The notes below the pieces were generated by a model. It did not search any database. It was not told the DNA's origin and saw only the letters and a list, made by a program, of their open reading frames with translations. The translations under genes were made by a program, and so were the position numbers. A stretch of DNA of 64,000 bases from Octopus vulgaris (Eukaryota). Positions 30,409 to 43,655 of this stretch are shown here, in pieces. Location: contig OX597822.1 of assembly GCA_951406725.2 (NCBI GenBank), positions 114,390,001 through 114,454,000 on the forward strand, read 5' to 3'. Each line of letters starts with the position of its first letter. The stretch's first letter is position 1.

Positions 30409-33332
30409 GAGAAATGGAGAAGTAAAATTGAAAAAGAGATTGAATTTATGAGAGGGGAAATATCAATATTAAATGAACTAATATGTGGAAATGATGTAAG
30501 ATCCAGAACAGGAAGAAAGATGAAGAGAAAATTTGGATCCTCACCAAGAGAAGAACTGATATCAATAAAAGAAACGCTGAAACAAAAAGTCCAAGCAAAA
30601 GCCCAAAGAATACGAAGATTTGAGAAGAGAAACAAGTTTTACAAGCAAAATAAGCTGTTCACATCCAATGCCAAAAAATTCTACAGAGAAATAGGGAAGG
30701 AGAAAGTAACCGTTAAAGACCCCCCTCCCATGGAAGAAGTTCAAAACTTTTGGAAAAGGATTTGGAGTGACAAGAAGACGTACAACATAAATGCAGACTG
30801 GATTATACAAACTGAAGGATCCTACCAAAATTTACAACAACAAGCATGGGAAGACATCACAATAGCAGACCTAAGAAAGGCACTCACGAAGGCCCATAAT
30901 TGGAAATCCCCCGGTAAAGATAGGGTGCCGAATTTCTGGCTCGCATCGCTCCCATGCGCACACGGTAAGCTAGTTCAGCTGCTCAATGGAATTATGAGAG
31001 ACCCAAAGAAAACACCTGAATGGTTAGCAAGTGGCATTACTTACCTACTCCCAAAGAATAACGAAACCAACCTTCCCAAAAAACTATCGGCCTATAACCT
31101 GTCTATCCACCACGTATAAAATCCTAACATCTATCCTGGCGGAGAAAACATATGCATTCATGGAGAAGAACGATATTTTCCCCATTGAACAAAAAGGGTG
31201 CCGCCGAGGCTCTTACGGATGCAAAGATCAACTGCTAATCAATCGTATGATCCTTGAGAACTGTCACAACAAGCGCAGAAATCTCAGCACCGCATGGATT
31301 AACTACAAAAAGGCCTTCGACAGTATACCGCATCCATGGATCTTGAGATCGCTGGACATCTTCAAAATTTCCCCTGTGATTTCAAACTTCCTGAAGCACA
31401 ATATGTTGTTGTGGAATACGAATCTCCAATTATACCACTCTAATGGAGTACTTGCATCAGAAAATATAAACATCAACTGTGGAATTTTTCAAGGTGACTC
31501 ACTTTCACCTTTAATATTCTGCATAGCCCTAATACCCCTTACAAGTGAATTAAACAGAACAGGGTATGGGTATAAAATTGCCAATAAAAAAATAAGCCAT
31601 CTATTTTATATGGATGACTTAAAACTTTATGGTAAAGACACTAATGAACTTGAAGGCCTATTGCGCACCGTGAAAGCATTCAGCGATGACATCGGGATGG
31701 AGTTTGGACTTGAGAAGTGTGCCAAGGCCACTTTCCAGAAAGGGAAAGTGAAGACCACAAATTCAGTCGTGTTAGATGTTGCCACAGTCATAAGAGAGCT
31801 TGAGCAAGAACAAACATACAAATATTTAGGGATAAATGAAGGCTCTGGTATTCAGCATGCAAGCACGAAAGAGAAGATCAGGAAGGAATGTTATAGGAGA
31901 GTTCGTGCAGTCCTGAAATCTGAACTAAATGCACGTAACAAGGTGTTAGTTATAAATTCCTTAGCAGTTCCAGTTGTTACTTATAGCTACAATGTGTTGA
32001 ACTGGAATATGAGTGAAGTAAAGAATATAGATAGGAAAATACGCAAGCTGCTGAGTTGTAATAGGATGCACCACCCAAAGGCAGACGTAGATCGCCTTTA
32101 CCTTCCCAGAGCCCAAGGAAGTCGAGGCCTGATCCAATTTGAACTAGCCTACAAAACAACCACAATTGGACTGGCCAAATATCTCGAAATATCGAATGAC
32201 TGGATGCTAAAGCTCGTGGAAAATCACGAGAGACGAAAGAAGCTTCATTCTATCATAAAGGAATGCAAAAAATTTGCTATTGATCTCGTGCAGGATACCC
32301 AAACTGAACAACCCGAGGGAAGTACGGCAACTATTGTTGCAAAGAAGGTGAAAGTGATGGCAACGAAAAATGCGCACGAGCAATTGGCTGATAGGTGGGA
32401 GGAGAAACCTCTGCACGGCAAATATGTGACCCGCAGCAAACAAGCTGATGTTGACCAGAAGCAAACCCATCAGTGGCTACGGAGCTCAGGGCTAAAAGCA
32501 GAGAGCGAAGGTTTCATCCTGGCTGCTCAAGATCAAAGCCTATTAACCCGGAACTACCAGGCCAATGTGATGAAAAATGGAGCAGACCCAAAATGCCGAT
32601 TCTGCAACGACATGATTGAAACAGTGGACCATCTAATCTCTGGATGTAAAGTCTTAGCACCAGTGGAGTATAAATTAAGACATGACAGAGTTGGCCAATA
32701 TCTCCACTGGCTAATAAGTCGGCATTACAATATCAAAACTGCCGACAAGTGGTATAATCACCACCCTGAGGCTGTAACTGAAGGAGAAAATGTAACCATT
32801 CTGTGGGACTTTCCAGTACATACAGACCGAACCATCAAGGCCAATAAACCAGATATTGTCGTGAAAGACCAAAACAATAAAGTTTGCTGATTGATCGACA
32901 TGAGCATCCTCTGTGATCATAATATCTCAGCGAAAGAGTTTGACAAGCTCAGAAAATATAAAGACCTACTCATTGAAATTGAGAAAATGTGGCATCTCAA
33001 GGTGGTTACAATACCAGTGATCGTAGGAGCACTAGGAATGATCAAGAAGGGAACCGAAAATTATATGAGAATGATCCCTGGCTTACCATCCCTGCAAGAA
33101 GTGCAAAAGATTGTCTTAACTGGTACATCACACGTATTGAGACGAGCATTGTCGATGTGAGAACTGTTGCTGGTCATGTATTTTAATTTAACTTTAAAAA
33201 AAAAAAAAAAAAATGAACGAACTATTGAGTTTGGTTTAATGGCCTACCAATGTATACTATGAGTTTCTTTGCCCTAGGAGTCGGGAAGACACTCGACAAG
33301 AAATGGAAGCAAATTTGAAAGAAGAAAAAAAA

Positions 33333-33333
<1 letters not shown>
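30409..33333 (+). mobile_element. Young R4/Dong LINE (family A), 5'-truncated, RT + CCHC + REL endonuclease; one frameshift (about 31080) and one in-frame TGA (32888-32890)
   Basis: ORFs 30448-31119, 31031-32890 and 32891-33160: YRPITCL, YKKAFDSIPH, GIFQGDSLSP, YMDDLKLY, CRFC..H..C, KPD..D..K. (AAT)n on both sides. Confidence 0.95.
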
Positions 33334-33399
<66 letters not shown>

Positions 33400-33873
33400 G
33401 CAACCATACTCTGGGATATGCCGATACACACAGATAGAGAAATTAAGGCCAACAGACCAGATATAGTTGTCAGAGATCATGAAGAAAAAAATGCTTTCTA
33501 ATTGATGTATCAATACCGGCAGATGACAACGTGTCTCTAAAAGAAATGGAGAAACTCTCAAAATACAAAGACCTGGAAATAGAGGTAACTAGAATGTGGA
33601 ACCTGAAAACAGAAACAATTCCTATCATAGTAGGTGCATTAGGCATGATAAAAAAATATTCAGACAAATACATAACAAAAGCACCAGGACTTACAAACAC
33701 ATATAACATACAGAAAATTGCACTACTAGGCACTGCACATATCCTACGCAGAACACTTTCCATACAATAACCATCAGAGCATCACAACAAATCACAGCAC
33801 ATACCCAAGGCACACAGAGCTGCGCTCGGTAGTGAAGTGAAGGCACGCTATAAAAATAAAATTAAAACTACTG
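33400..33873 (+). mobile_element. R4/Dong family B 3' fragment in the same (AAT)n tract
   Basis: Near-identical to about 17215-17674; (AAT)n on both sides. Confidence 0.9.
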
Positions 33874-33885
33874 AATAATAATAAC

Positions 33886-33916
<31 letters not shown>

Positions 33917-33919
<3 letters not shown>

Positions 33920-34397
33920 TGAACTAAAGGTACAAAGTCTGAAATTTCGGGGCTGAGGATATATTAAACAATCAATCGTAATGCAAGGCATCTATTTTCA
34001 TTGCTACATAAAAATTGTGACATATGAAAAGAACGGAGTGAGAAAAAAATAGAGACTTACCCGAGAAGAAAGGCAATATTCCGTTGGTCCTTTAAAACAA
34101 AAAATATTTACTCTGATGGTTTGCGTTCGCTACTTTTAATAGAAATTGAGAAAGTAAAGTAATGCATTCAAGTTTTTAGCACAGTCAAGCAGGATCTAAC
34201 TTCTGTCAACCAGGTTCTAACTTCTGTCAACCGGGATCTAACTTCTGTCAACCAATGAAATTTACGAATCATTTTTATGAGTCATATACATTTTTAATTG
34301 CTTTTCTCAATCGATTTCACCTCTCACCACATCTCTTTTGACACAACGCCTTATATGCTTCTTTTCAAGCATACATACATACAGACATAAATACATG

Positions 34398-34443
<46 letters not shown>

Positions 34444-35170
34444 GCACACACACATATATATATATATGTATAAATATATGTATGTATGTATGACCATATA
34501 TCTAGATCTATGTGCTGGGTATAACTCAAACTGCATCCAGTAGTGGGGTATTTTGTTCGGGAGTTCCAGGGTTTGTGGAATCTGGAATCACCTCGTAGCC
34601 ACTATAGTCCCCCGCGCTACTCTGATCCGGACGGAGTTGTAGCAAAGGTCAAGGTCCAAATATAAGTTAACTAATATAAGTAATGACATTGTATCGGAGC
34701 GCGGAAATGCAGAAATAACCTTGGTTGATGTCACGGCATGCAGTAAAACCACTAAAAAGGACGGATCACTTGGTTGCATCAGAGGTGCCTACTGATGGAA
34801 AACCTGCTGTTTGACCTGATTAAAAGTCCTCTCTCTTCGGTCTGCCACAAGGTTCTAGTCACAGAGACTCAGAGTGGTACTGGTATTCTACAGGTGCCTC
34901 TCACTATAATTAAATGATGTACAGTTATCTCTTTAAGATGACCACATTCGACATTTCATCTGCTGAAGTTCCTACGGTGATGGAAGAATGAACGCGCACG
35001 GTAGGCTACAACAACTTTCGTCTCTCACCTACGCTTCAAAGAAGGCAGATCGGCAGAGAGACTAAATTTCAACTGAGAGGTCATGAATGGAAACAGAGAA
35101 ATGCCTTTGACAAACAGGAAGCAAAAGAAAATGGCAAACATCTGCCAAGGTGGAGCAATCATTTTATGTG
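33917..35170. repeat. Direct segmental duplicate of about 48390-49690 (also 29845-30335 matches 47443-47940)
   Basis: Collinear high identity by eye, including the unique-looking island 33917-34370. Confidence 0.9.
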
Positions 35171-35174
35171 TATG

Positions 35175-35210
<36 letters not shown>

Positions 35211-35218
<8 letters not shown>

Positions 35219-35750
35219 TAAACGGCAGTTTGTCTGTCTGTGTGTCTGTGTGTCTGTTTGGTTGTACCCTCACTCTGACCACGGCTTTCAACCGATTCTG
35301 ATGAAACTTGACACACACATAGCCCGATGTCATAATTCAAAACTAACGCAGCGAAAATATTGAAAAGTTCCCTCAGTTCTGAAAAAAATCGATAAATTCG
35401 ACATGAAGTCGAGAATCAGAAACACAAACCACAGACTGTCTAGGGGACGCAACTCGACCTTTTTAACTCTCAACTACATCAATATCCAGCTACTTGAAGC
35501 TATTCCTGGTGATGTCCACGTCTACAAATCTATTGATAGGACAGCAGACCCCGCAGAGCTTGCCGATTATCCTGTTGAATTCCTGAATTCACTTGAACCG
35601 CCAGGCCTGCCGCCACACATCCTGAAGTTAAAAGTCGGTGCGCCCATTATGCTCATCAGGAATTTGGTTCCACCTAAACAGTGCAACGGCACACGTTTGG
35701 TTGTGAAACATTTGCCACCACATTTAATAACGGCCACAATACTTTCCGGT
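35211..35750 (+). mobile_element. Helitron fragment: 5' region plus Pif1-like helicase piece
   Basis: YKSID..YPVEFLNSLEPPGLPPHILKLKVGAPIMLIRNL...CNGTRL is the Helitron/Pif1 motif block. Confidence 0.85.
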
Positions 35751-37122
35751 TGGAAAGTCAGGTTGGTGTGTTGCTGTTGACAGTATTTCAGCATGTTGAT
35801 CTTTTTGTTGATTCTTTTAATTTTCCTTATGAGAGATTTTCTATTTCTAGGGATTCGACACTTAGATTTGTTTGCAGATCTTAATGGGGTGTGTCTTGCA
35901 CATATGTTCGTGATGGTGTCTACAAGTGACTGCCAGGACTTTTTAATGTTAGTGGGTGTGTGTGTGTGCGTGAGGGACCAATCGACTTTTGCAAGATCAT
36001 TATTGATCGCTTCCCAGTTTGCATTGTGGAAATCAATAGTGTCAAATGGATGAACAGGAGGGATGACATTTGTTTTGCATTTTGGCCGGTGAAATCTCAG
36101 ATCACAGAGAACCATGTCATGGTCGGAGAGTAGGGTTTTCTCCACTGCAATATTGTGGATAGTATCAGTGTGATTGCTGAAAATTAAGTCTAAGACGTTT
36201 TTGTGACATCTCGTTGGTTCGAGTACCAGTTGGGACAAGAAGAAGTCATCCATGAAGTCAAGAAGCGATTCCACTGCCTCCCTGTCAGGGGTTGAGAGAG
36301 AAGAACCTGGCGGCAGACTGTTTGTAGACCAGTCAACCCCGGGAAGGTTGAAGTCTCCCATCATTAAAATGTTGTCAGGTTGACACTGCTGAATGAAACA
36401 CTTTATGCTGTTGAGGCATTCCTTGAAGCATGGTAGGGGCGTTTGGGGTGGTCTGTAGAGCCCAACTACTGTTAAGTTGTTGGTTTGACTGAATACAGCG
36501 ACTGCTTCGCAGTATCCATTCGAAAATATGTTCATGGCTTCTGTTGAGAATGAATCATGGACATAAATGGCAGTCCCACCCTTTCTTCTGCCAGCACGAT
36601 CAGCACGAATGGTTTTGAAATTTTTAACTTTCACCTCGGCTTCCAAGTGGAGGTCACTAAGATGGGTTTCAGTGAGGACGAAGAAAGGGATGTGGTTTGG
36701 ATGGGCCTCGACCCAGTCCTCCAGGAATCTTATCTTCCATTTTTGTGTATTGGTGGAAGGGCTGATGCCTTGGGCATTAAGCAGAAATGTTGAGGCGAGA
36801 GTGGATGGTTTTAATTGTTTTGGTGATTTGTTTATTTGATTGCTTTTTAATGGCATGTGCAGTGGGGTATTTGTGGTGGATGGTGGTGGGTGATAGCTCG
36901 GATGTTTTTTTCCAGTTCTTTTGCTAGATTCATCATAACTAAAAAAGAGGAAGAAGAGGTGGTTTCCTGTCTAGGGAACCACAGGTGACTGTGGCCGCGG
37001 CTATTTTTATGTGAGTGGTTATCTTTAAATGTCCGACGAGTCCCCGGGAGATGGGTAAAGGGGCAATCCCTGTGCAGACAGGGCAATCCCTGTGCAGACA
37101 GGGCAATCCCTGTGCAGACAAG
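35751..37122 (-). mobile_element. CR1-like LINE internal fragment: ORF1 end plus APE endonuclease, truncated against the Helitron
   Basis: LNAQGI, LTETHL, KGGTAIYV, YRPP, MGDFNLP, LDLIFSN and SDHD motifs. A 20-bp repeat gggcaatccctgtgcagaca x3 lies at 37061-37120. Confidence 0.9.
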
Positions 37123-37129
37123 GGATATA

Positions 37130-37162
<33 letters not shown>

Positions 37163-38003
37163 ATTTGCCATTTCAGTGGACTGAAGCAACGTGAAATAAA
37201 GTGTCTTGCTCAAGGACGCAACCCTCGCTGTAGTCACAGTACTTTGTATGAGAGGTGCGTTCTGACGTAAAACCTGCTATTTCACTTAATCATTGTTCAT
37301 CTAGATTCGGTCTGCCACTAGGTTCTAGTCACAGAGACTCAGAGTAGTACTCGTGTTGTACAACTGTCTATCACTACATTCCAATGACGCACAGATATCA
37401 CATTAAGATGAACACATTTGTCATTTAATTTATTGAAACTCCAAAGGATGTGAGCTGGCAGAAACGTTAACACGCCGGGCTAAATGCTTAGCGTTATTTC
37501 GTCTGTCTTTGCGTTCTGAGTTCAAATTTCGCCGAGGACGACTTTCCTTTAATCCTTTCGGGGTAGATTAAATAAGTACCAGTTGCGCACTGGGGTCGAT
37601 GTAATCGACTTGATCCTTCTCTCTGTCCATGTTTGTCTCCACTGTGTTTAGCCCCGTGTGGGTAGTAAAGAAATAGGTATTTCGTCTGTCTTTGCATTCT
37701 GAGTTCAAATTACGCCGAGGTTGACTTTGCCTTTTATCCTTTCAGGGTCAATAAATTGAGCACCAGTTGCGTACTGGGGTCGAGCTACCTATCTATATCT
37801 GCCCTCTTCCAAGCGTCTGTACCTCAGTGGCATGGACCTGGTATTTTGACAGGAGGATATCCAGTTTTGTTTCGAATGCACTTAAACCCACCCCGTGTTG
37901 GCCTCTCATGTAATAATATGACCCGATACCCTTTTTTTTACTGTTTTGCTATTTGCTATATTATACGTAAACTTATATCATGCATACATACATACATACA
38001 TAC

Positions 38004-38067
<64 letters not shown>

Positions 38068-38455
38068 TATATATGTATGTATGCATAAATATATAAATAA
38101 ATATATACGTATGCAATGCATATTTGTATATGCATACATACAATACACACGCACATACACAAACACACACACATACACAAACACACACACACATACACAA
38201 ACACACAAACACATATATATATATATATACACACGTACATATGTATACATATATGACTATGTGTATGCATGTATGCATACAACCAGTTTTCTTTTATTTA
38301 AATTTCCAAGAAAAGTCTTTTCATATAACCGTGTCAAGTCAAGTGCATGTGAAATTTGAAAGGCTAATTTCAATACTTACAAATATGTCCCACACCCATC
38401 CAAGTATTGAAACTGGCTATTGTGTGAGAAACTTTATATATATATGCATATATAC

Positions 38456-38510
<55 letters not shown>

Positions 38511-38593
38511 GGTCCCGGGTTGATTCGGGGTTAACCACAGTAAGTAAGGTACTCAATACATAGCAGAGTAAAATTAATTTATTATATAGAAGG

Positions 38594-38644
38594 AGCTTCT
38601 ACAGGACTAGTACTGTTTCATTCAAGAGAAATCTTCAGGAAGCT
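38594..38644 (-). ncRNA. Type I hammerhead ribozyme motif (mirror copy)
   Basis: Exact reverse complement of 41605-41655. Confidence 0.75.
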
Positions 38645-39105
38645 ATTTAACAAGAATTGTATTAGCATTTATACATTTAGGCAGGTTTAAAGGAGTGGTG
38701 GTGGGGGACTTTTTGGGGGGTAGGCATAGCGCAAAATATCATACTTGGGGGAGTGGTCAAGGAGTCAGTGGTAAGTTAGATGAAAGAATAGATAAATAAA
38801 AAAATTAAAAAATAAAAAATAAAAAATAAAAAAATAAAATAATAAAATAAAATAAAAAAATAAAATAATAAAAAAATAAAAAAATAAAATAAAAAAAAAA
38901 TAAAAAAATAAAAAATATAAAAAATATATATATAAAAATATAAAATATATATATAAAAAAATATATATATAAAATATATATATAAAAAAATATATATATA
39001 AAAAAAGGGGGGGATAGAGTTATAGGTAAATAAGGAGATTCTCACTTATACCTATACACACATGTATACGTATCTACACACACATACATACATACACATA
39101 TATAT

Positions 39106-39148
<43 letters not shown>

Positions 39149-39603
39149 CCTACACATACACACATACATACATACAAATATACATATACATATATATATA
39201 TATACAATCCAATACAGGCCCATTCCCTAATTTTAATTTTATTATCTTCATTTATTACTTTTGTTATCTTTGATCGCTAGGGCTAAGAATCCTGGCAATG
39301 GCTGCATGTCCATTTGTCTGTCTACTAGAAGGCAAGTACTCATTCCCGCACGCACACTCATTAGCACGTACATTCACCCATTCGTACACTCATACACATA
39401 CACGTACGCACGCGTTATATTCATACATACAAACATCTACATACGTTCACGTATATACACATACGTACTCGTACCTACAGATTCGTGTCTACACTTTAGG
39501 AGGCTAGTCTATACATATACACCAATAAATATACATATATATATATATACACCCGCATATACATACACACACACACATATATACTCCTACATACAGATAC
39601 ATA

Positions 39604-39649
<46 letters not shown>

Positions 39650-39835
39650 CACATACATACACATACACACATACATATACACACACATACATACACATAT
39701 ATATACATACACAAACATATATACACACATATATATATACATACACACATACACACATACATACGTATACATACATACATACATCCATACATCCATACTT
39801 ACATGCATTTATACGCATACACACACCCATCTATA

Positions 39836-39872
<37 letters not shown>

Positions 39873-40433
39873 TCACACATACATATACAAATCTACGCAC
39901 ACACATACATACATACACGTATACGCATACACGCACATACACATATACATGCGTACCCATACACGTGCACACACGCACGCGCATCCATATATATACACAC
40001 ACACACATATATATACACGTGTACAAGCATACATACATACTCATACGCGCACACATACTTACAAATACATATATGCACACACTTACACACATATATATAC
40101 ATACACATATACATGCATACATACATATATGCATACATACACACACGCGCACTCATATATAGTGCGTGTGTGTATGTATGCATATATGTATGTATGCATG
40201 TATATGTGTATGTATATATATGTGTGTAAGTGTGTGCATATATGTATTTGTAAGTATGTGTGCTATGAGTATGTATGTATGCTTGTACACGTGTATATAT
40301 ATGTGTGTGTGTATATATATGGATGCGCGTGCGTGTGTGCACGTGTATGGGTACGCATGTATATGTGTATGTGCGTGTATGCTATACATGTATGTATGTA
40401 TGTGTGTGTGTAGATTTGTATATGTATATGTGA

Positions 40434-40472
<39 letters not shown>

Positions 40473-40648
40473 TGGGTGTGTGTATGCATATAAATGCATG
40501 TAAGTATGGATGTATGGATGTATGTATGTATGTATACGTATGTATGTGTGTATGTGTGTATGTATATATATATGTGTGTATATGTATGTGTGTATGTATA
40601 TATATGTGTGTGTATGTGTGTGTATATATGTGTGTGTGTATGTATGTG

Positions 40649-40692
<44 letters not shown>

Positions 40693-41150
40693 TATGTATC
40701 TGTATGTAGGAGTATATATGTGTGTGTGTGTATGTATATGCGGGTATATATATATATATATATATGTATATTTATTGGTGTATATGTATAGACTAGCCTC
40801 CTAAAGTGTAGACACGAATCTGTAGGTACGAGTACATATGTGTATATACGTGAACGTATGTAGATGTTTGTATGTATGAATATAACGCGTGCGTACATGT
40901 ATGTGTATGAGTGTACGAATGGGTGAATGTACGTGCTAATGAGTGTGCGTGCGGGAATGAGTACTTGCCTTCTAGTAGACAGACAAATGGACATGCAGCC
41001 ATTGCCAGGATTCTTAGCCCTAGCATCAAAGATAACAAAAGTAATAAATGAAGATAATAAAATTAAAATTAGGGAATGGGCCTGTATTAGATTGTATATA
41101 TATATATATGTATATGTATATTTGTATGTATGTATGTGTGTATGTGTAGG

Positions 41151-41191
<41 letters not shown>

Positions 41192-41604
41192 ATATATATG
41201 TGTATGTATGTATGTGTGTGTAGATACGTATACATGTGTGTATAGGTATAAGTGAGAATCTCCTTATTTACCTATAACTCTATCCCCCCTTTTTATATAT
41301 ATATTTTTTTATATATATATTTTATATATATATTTTTTTATATATATTTTTTATATTTTTTATTTTTTATTTTTTTTTTATTTTATTTTTTTATTTTTTT
41401 ATTTTTTTATTTTATTTTTTTATTTTTTATTTTTTATTTTTTTATTTTTTTATTTATCTATTCTTTCATCTAACTTACCACTGACTCCTTGACCACTCCC
41501 CCAAGTATGATATTTTGCGCTATGCCTACCCCCCAAAAAGTCCCCCACCACCACTCCTTTAAACCTGCCTAAATGTATAAATGCTAATACAATTCTTGTT
41601 AAAT

Positions 41605-41655
41605 AGCTTCCTGAAGATTTCTCTTGAATGAAACAGTACTAGTCCTGTAGAAGCT
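41605..41655 (+). ncRNA. Type I hammerhead ribozyme motif
   Basis: Stem I AGCUUC/GAAGCU, core CUGAAGA, stem II (U.U) UUC-UCUU-GAA, GAA, stem III ACAG/CUGU with loop UACUAGUC, GUA cleavage triplet (cut after 41649). Confidence 0.75.
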
Positions 41656-41666
41656 CCTTCTATATA

Positions 41667-41702
<36 letters not shown>

Positions 41703-43167
41703 GTGTGTACATACAATACATACAATACATACAATACACATGCACAAACACACACACATACACAAACACACACACACACATATATATACACACGTACATA
41801 TGTATACATATATGACTATGTGTATGCATGTATGTATACAACCAGTTTTCTTTTATTTAAATGTCCAAGAAACGTTCCTCTCTTAAAAAGTCTTTTCATA
41901 TAACCTTGTTAAGTCAAGTGCATCTGAAATTTGAAAGGCTAATTTCAATACTTACAAATATGTCCCACACCCATCCAAGTATTGAAACTGGCTATTGTGT
42001 GAGAAACTTTGAATTCAGTAGATCACACAAAGATATACATATGTACCCTCAGGCACACATATACATGTATCCTGGGTGAGTGTGATCCAGAGCATAGTGT
42101 TATGACAGAGACTTAGAATATTGGGGAGAAAAGGAGGAATGATGTATCTCTTTTTGTAGGATTTCAAATACATAGCATTCTAGTTGTGATGTAATGTATG
42201 TACGGGTTCGAGTGAGGCTAGTATTCCTGTCACTCTCTAGTTCTTGTGACCCTTATTCTTGAACCAGACGGATCACAGAGCTGAGAAACAACATGTATAT
42301 TATCTAAATAAACAAGGAATAGGGCAGAATATTTCTGCTCTTGACTCACTGAGAAGACAGCATCAGTTGTATTTATTCTCACCATAAAAACAAAAATCAC
42401 GTCTACATTAATTTTCTCTTTCTAAGCAAATGAGATGTAATTCTTTTTGTAACCTTCATAACTTGCCCCAACAGTTTAACACCTCAAGCATTCTTCCTTT
42501 AATACATTACCTTTGCTTTTTATAGCAGTTGAAAATGGTATTACCACAGCAGTCACTGGGTATAAGAATCTCCTATTTAAGTTGATTTACTTAGGGGCTG
42601 ACTAACCCGCATCCCACTCCCATGAATATTTCGTATCCGATACCTTCACTACCTTTATATCTTTAATCGCATTCTCCACTGTACGGCTGTAAATTTGGAT
42701 GGATGGTCCCCTCAACTGGGTTAACTTCCTTTACACTCTTTATCCCTCTTCTATTCTTTTCATCCAACAAATTCTCATTATAACACGTCTGCACTTCTTT
42801 CTTTACATTTCATGAATAACAAGAGTATCATTATTATTCCGTACAAAATCTTCTTCATTAATGTCTTTCATTTCTCCCCTAAACAATCTTGCCATTCAGA
42901 ATATGTCACACTTCTGATGTTCACTTCTGATGTCTTAAAACAATGATAAACTTCTTACTCTGCTCATCTTCCTTTCTTTGATATAAATGTTGCGTTGCTT
43001 CTTTTCTTGCAACATGGTGTTGCTTTTTGTAGTCCCCTTTTGCCAATCTTTCCAAGCCTGTCCCTTAACCTATGTGGCCCTTTCTATGCAGCTATTCCAC
43101 TACATATATAAATTACATATGTATGTGTGTTTGTGCGTGTTTGTATACATATATATACACATATATA

Positions 43168-43655
43168 CAGGACAGTGCTTATAGCACCAGGAAGACATCT
43201 CCTCCAGTTGGCTAATGACACACAGTCTGTGTCCGATTAGTATTTGCAAGGGAGGTCATCGCTCCCATGTCTAGCCTTACGTCATACACCCGGATGCAAG
43301 TTTCTGGGTGATTACCTCCCCTCCCACCGAGCATGTGTTAATCACTAGCAAGTGATGAAAGTTCATTCCACTCGCAAATTATTATATATTTTTCTAGCGA
43401 CTCACAGTCGCTAATCTCGTAAAACAGAGAGATATGTTATTTTAAATTTAATATAACATATACAGATTTAATATAACATATCTCTCTCTTTTACGAGATC
43501 AGCAACAGTGAGTCGCGAGAAAAGCATATAGTGATTTGGCTACAGATGGGAGTGATGGCCTCCTTCGCAAATTCTAATCGGGCACAGAATGTGTGTCGTT
43601 ATTCAGCTGGAGGAGATGTCTTCCTGGGGCTATAAAGAACAGTAGCACTGTCCTG
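43168..43655. mobile_element. Tc1/mariner-type MITE or foldback element
   Basis: TA-CAGGACAGTGCT...AGCACTGTCCTG-TA termini, ~100-bp imperfect subterminal inverted repeats and an inner hairpin at about 43390-43522. Confidence 0.85.

Larger units (their letters stand above)
38510..41672. mobile_element. Non-coding Penelope-like foldback: ~3.1-kb palindrome (arms 38577-40157 and 40158-41672) in (TA)n
   Basis: The arms are reverse complements across unique and microsatellite segments, with centre gcact-c-atatat-agtgc at 40149-40165. Each arm ends in a hammerhead motif followed by AATAAA. Confidence 0.75.

Noticed and set aside
34190-34252. Short direct repeats here and at 37061-37120 as CRISPR-like arrays
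   Set aside because: Contiguous tandem repeats with no spacers, in a eukaryotic context with no cas genes.
34480-35170. Repeat also present at about 49010-49690 and partly at 37250-37445, as a solo LTR
   Set aside because: No clear TG...CA termini, target duplication or primer site could be identified, so it is left unclassified.
35567-36856. 429-aa ORF as a novel fusion protein
   Set aside because: It is a CR1 APE endonuclease reading into the antisense strand of the Helitron fragment; the last ~60 aa are incidental.
37946-41473. Many long ORFs rich in Y/I/H/T/C/V/M
   Set aside because: Translations of (TA)n/(CA)n microsatellites inside and around the palindrome. The same applies to the poly-N/I/L/Y/S/E ORFs at the (AAT)n, (AGT)n and (GAA)n tracts.
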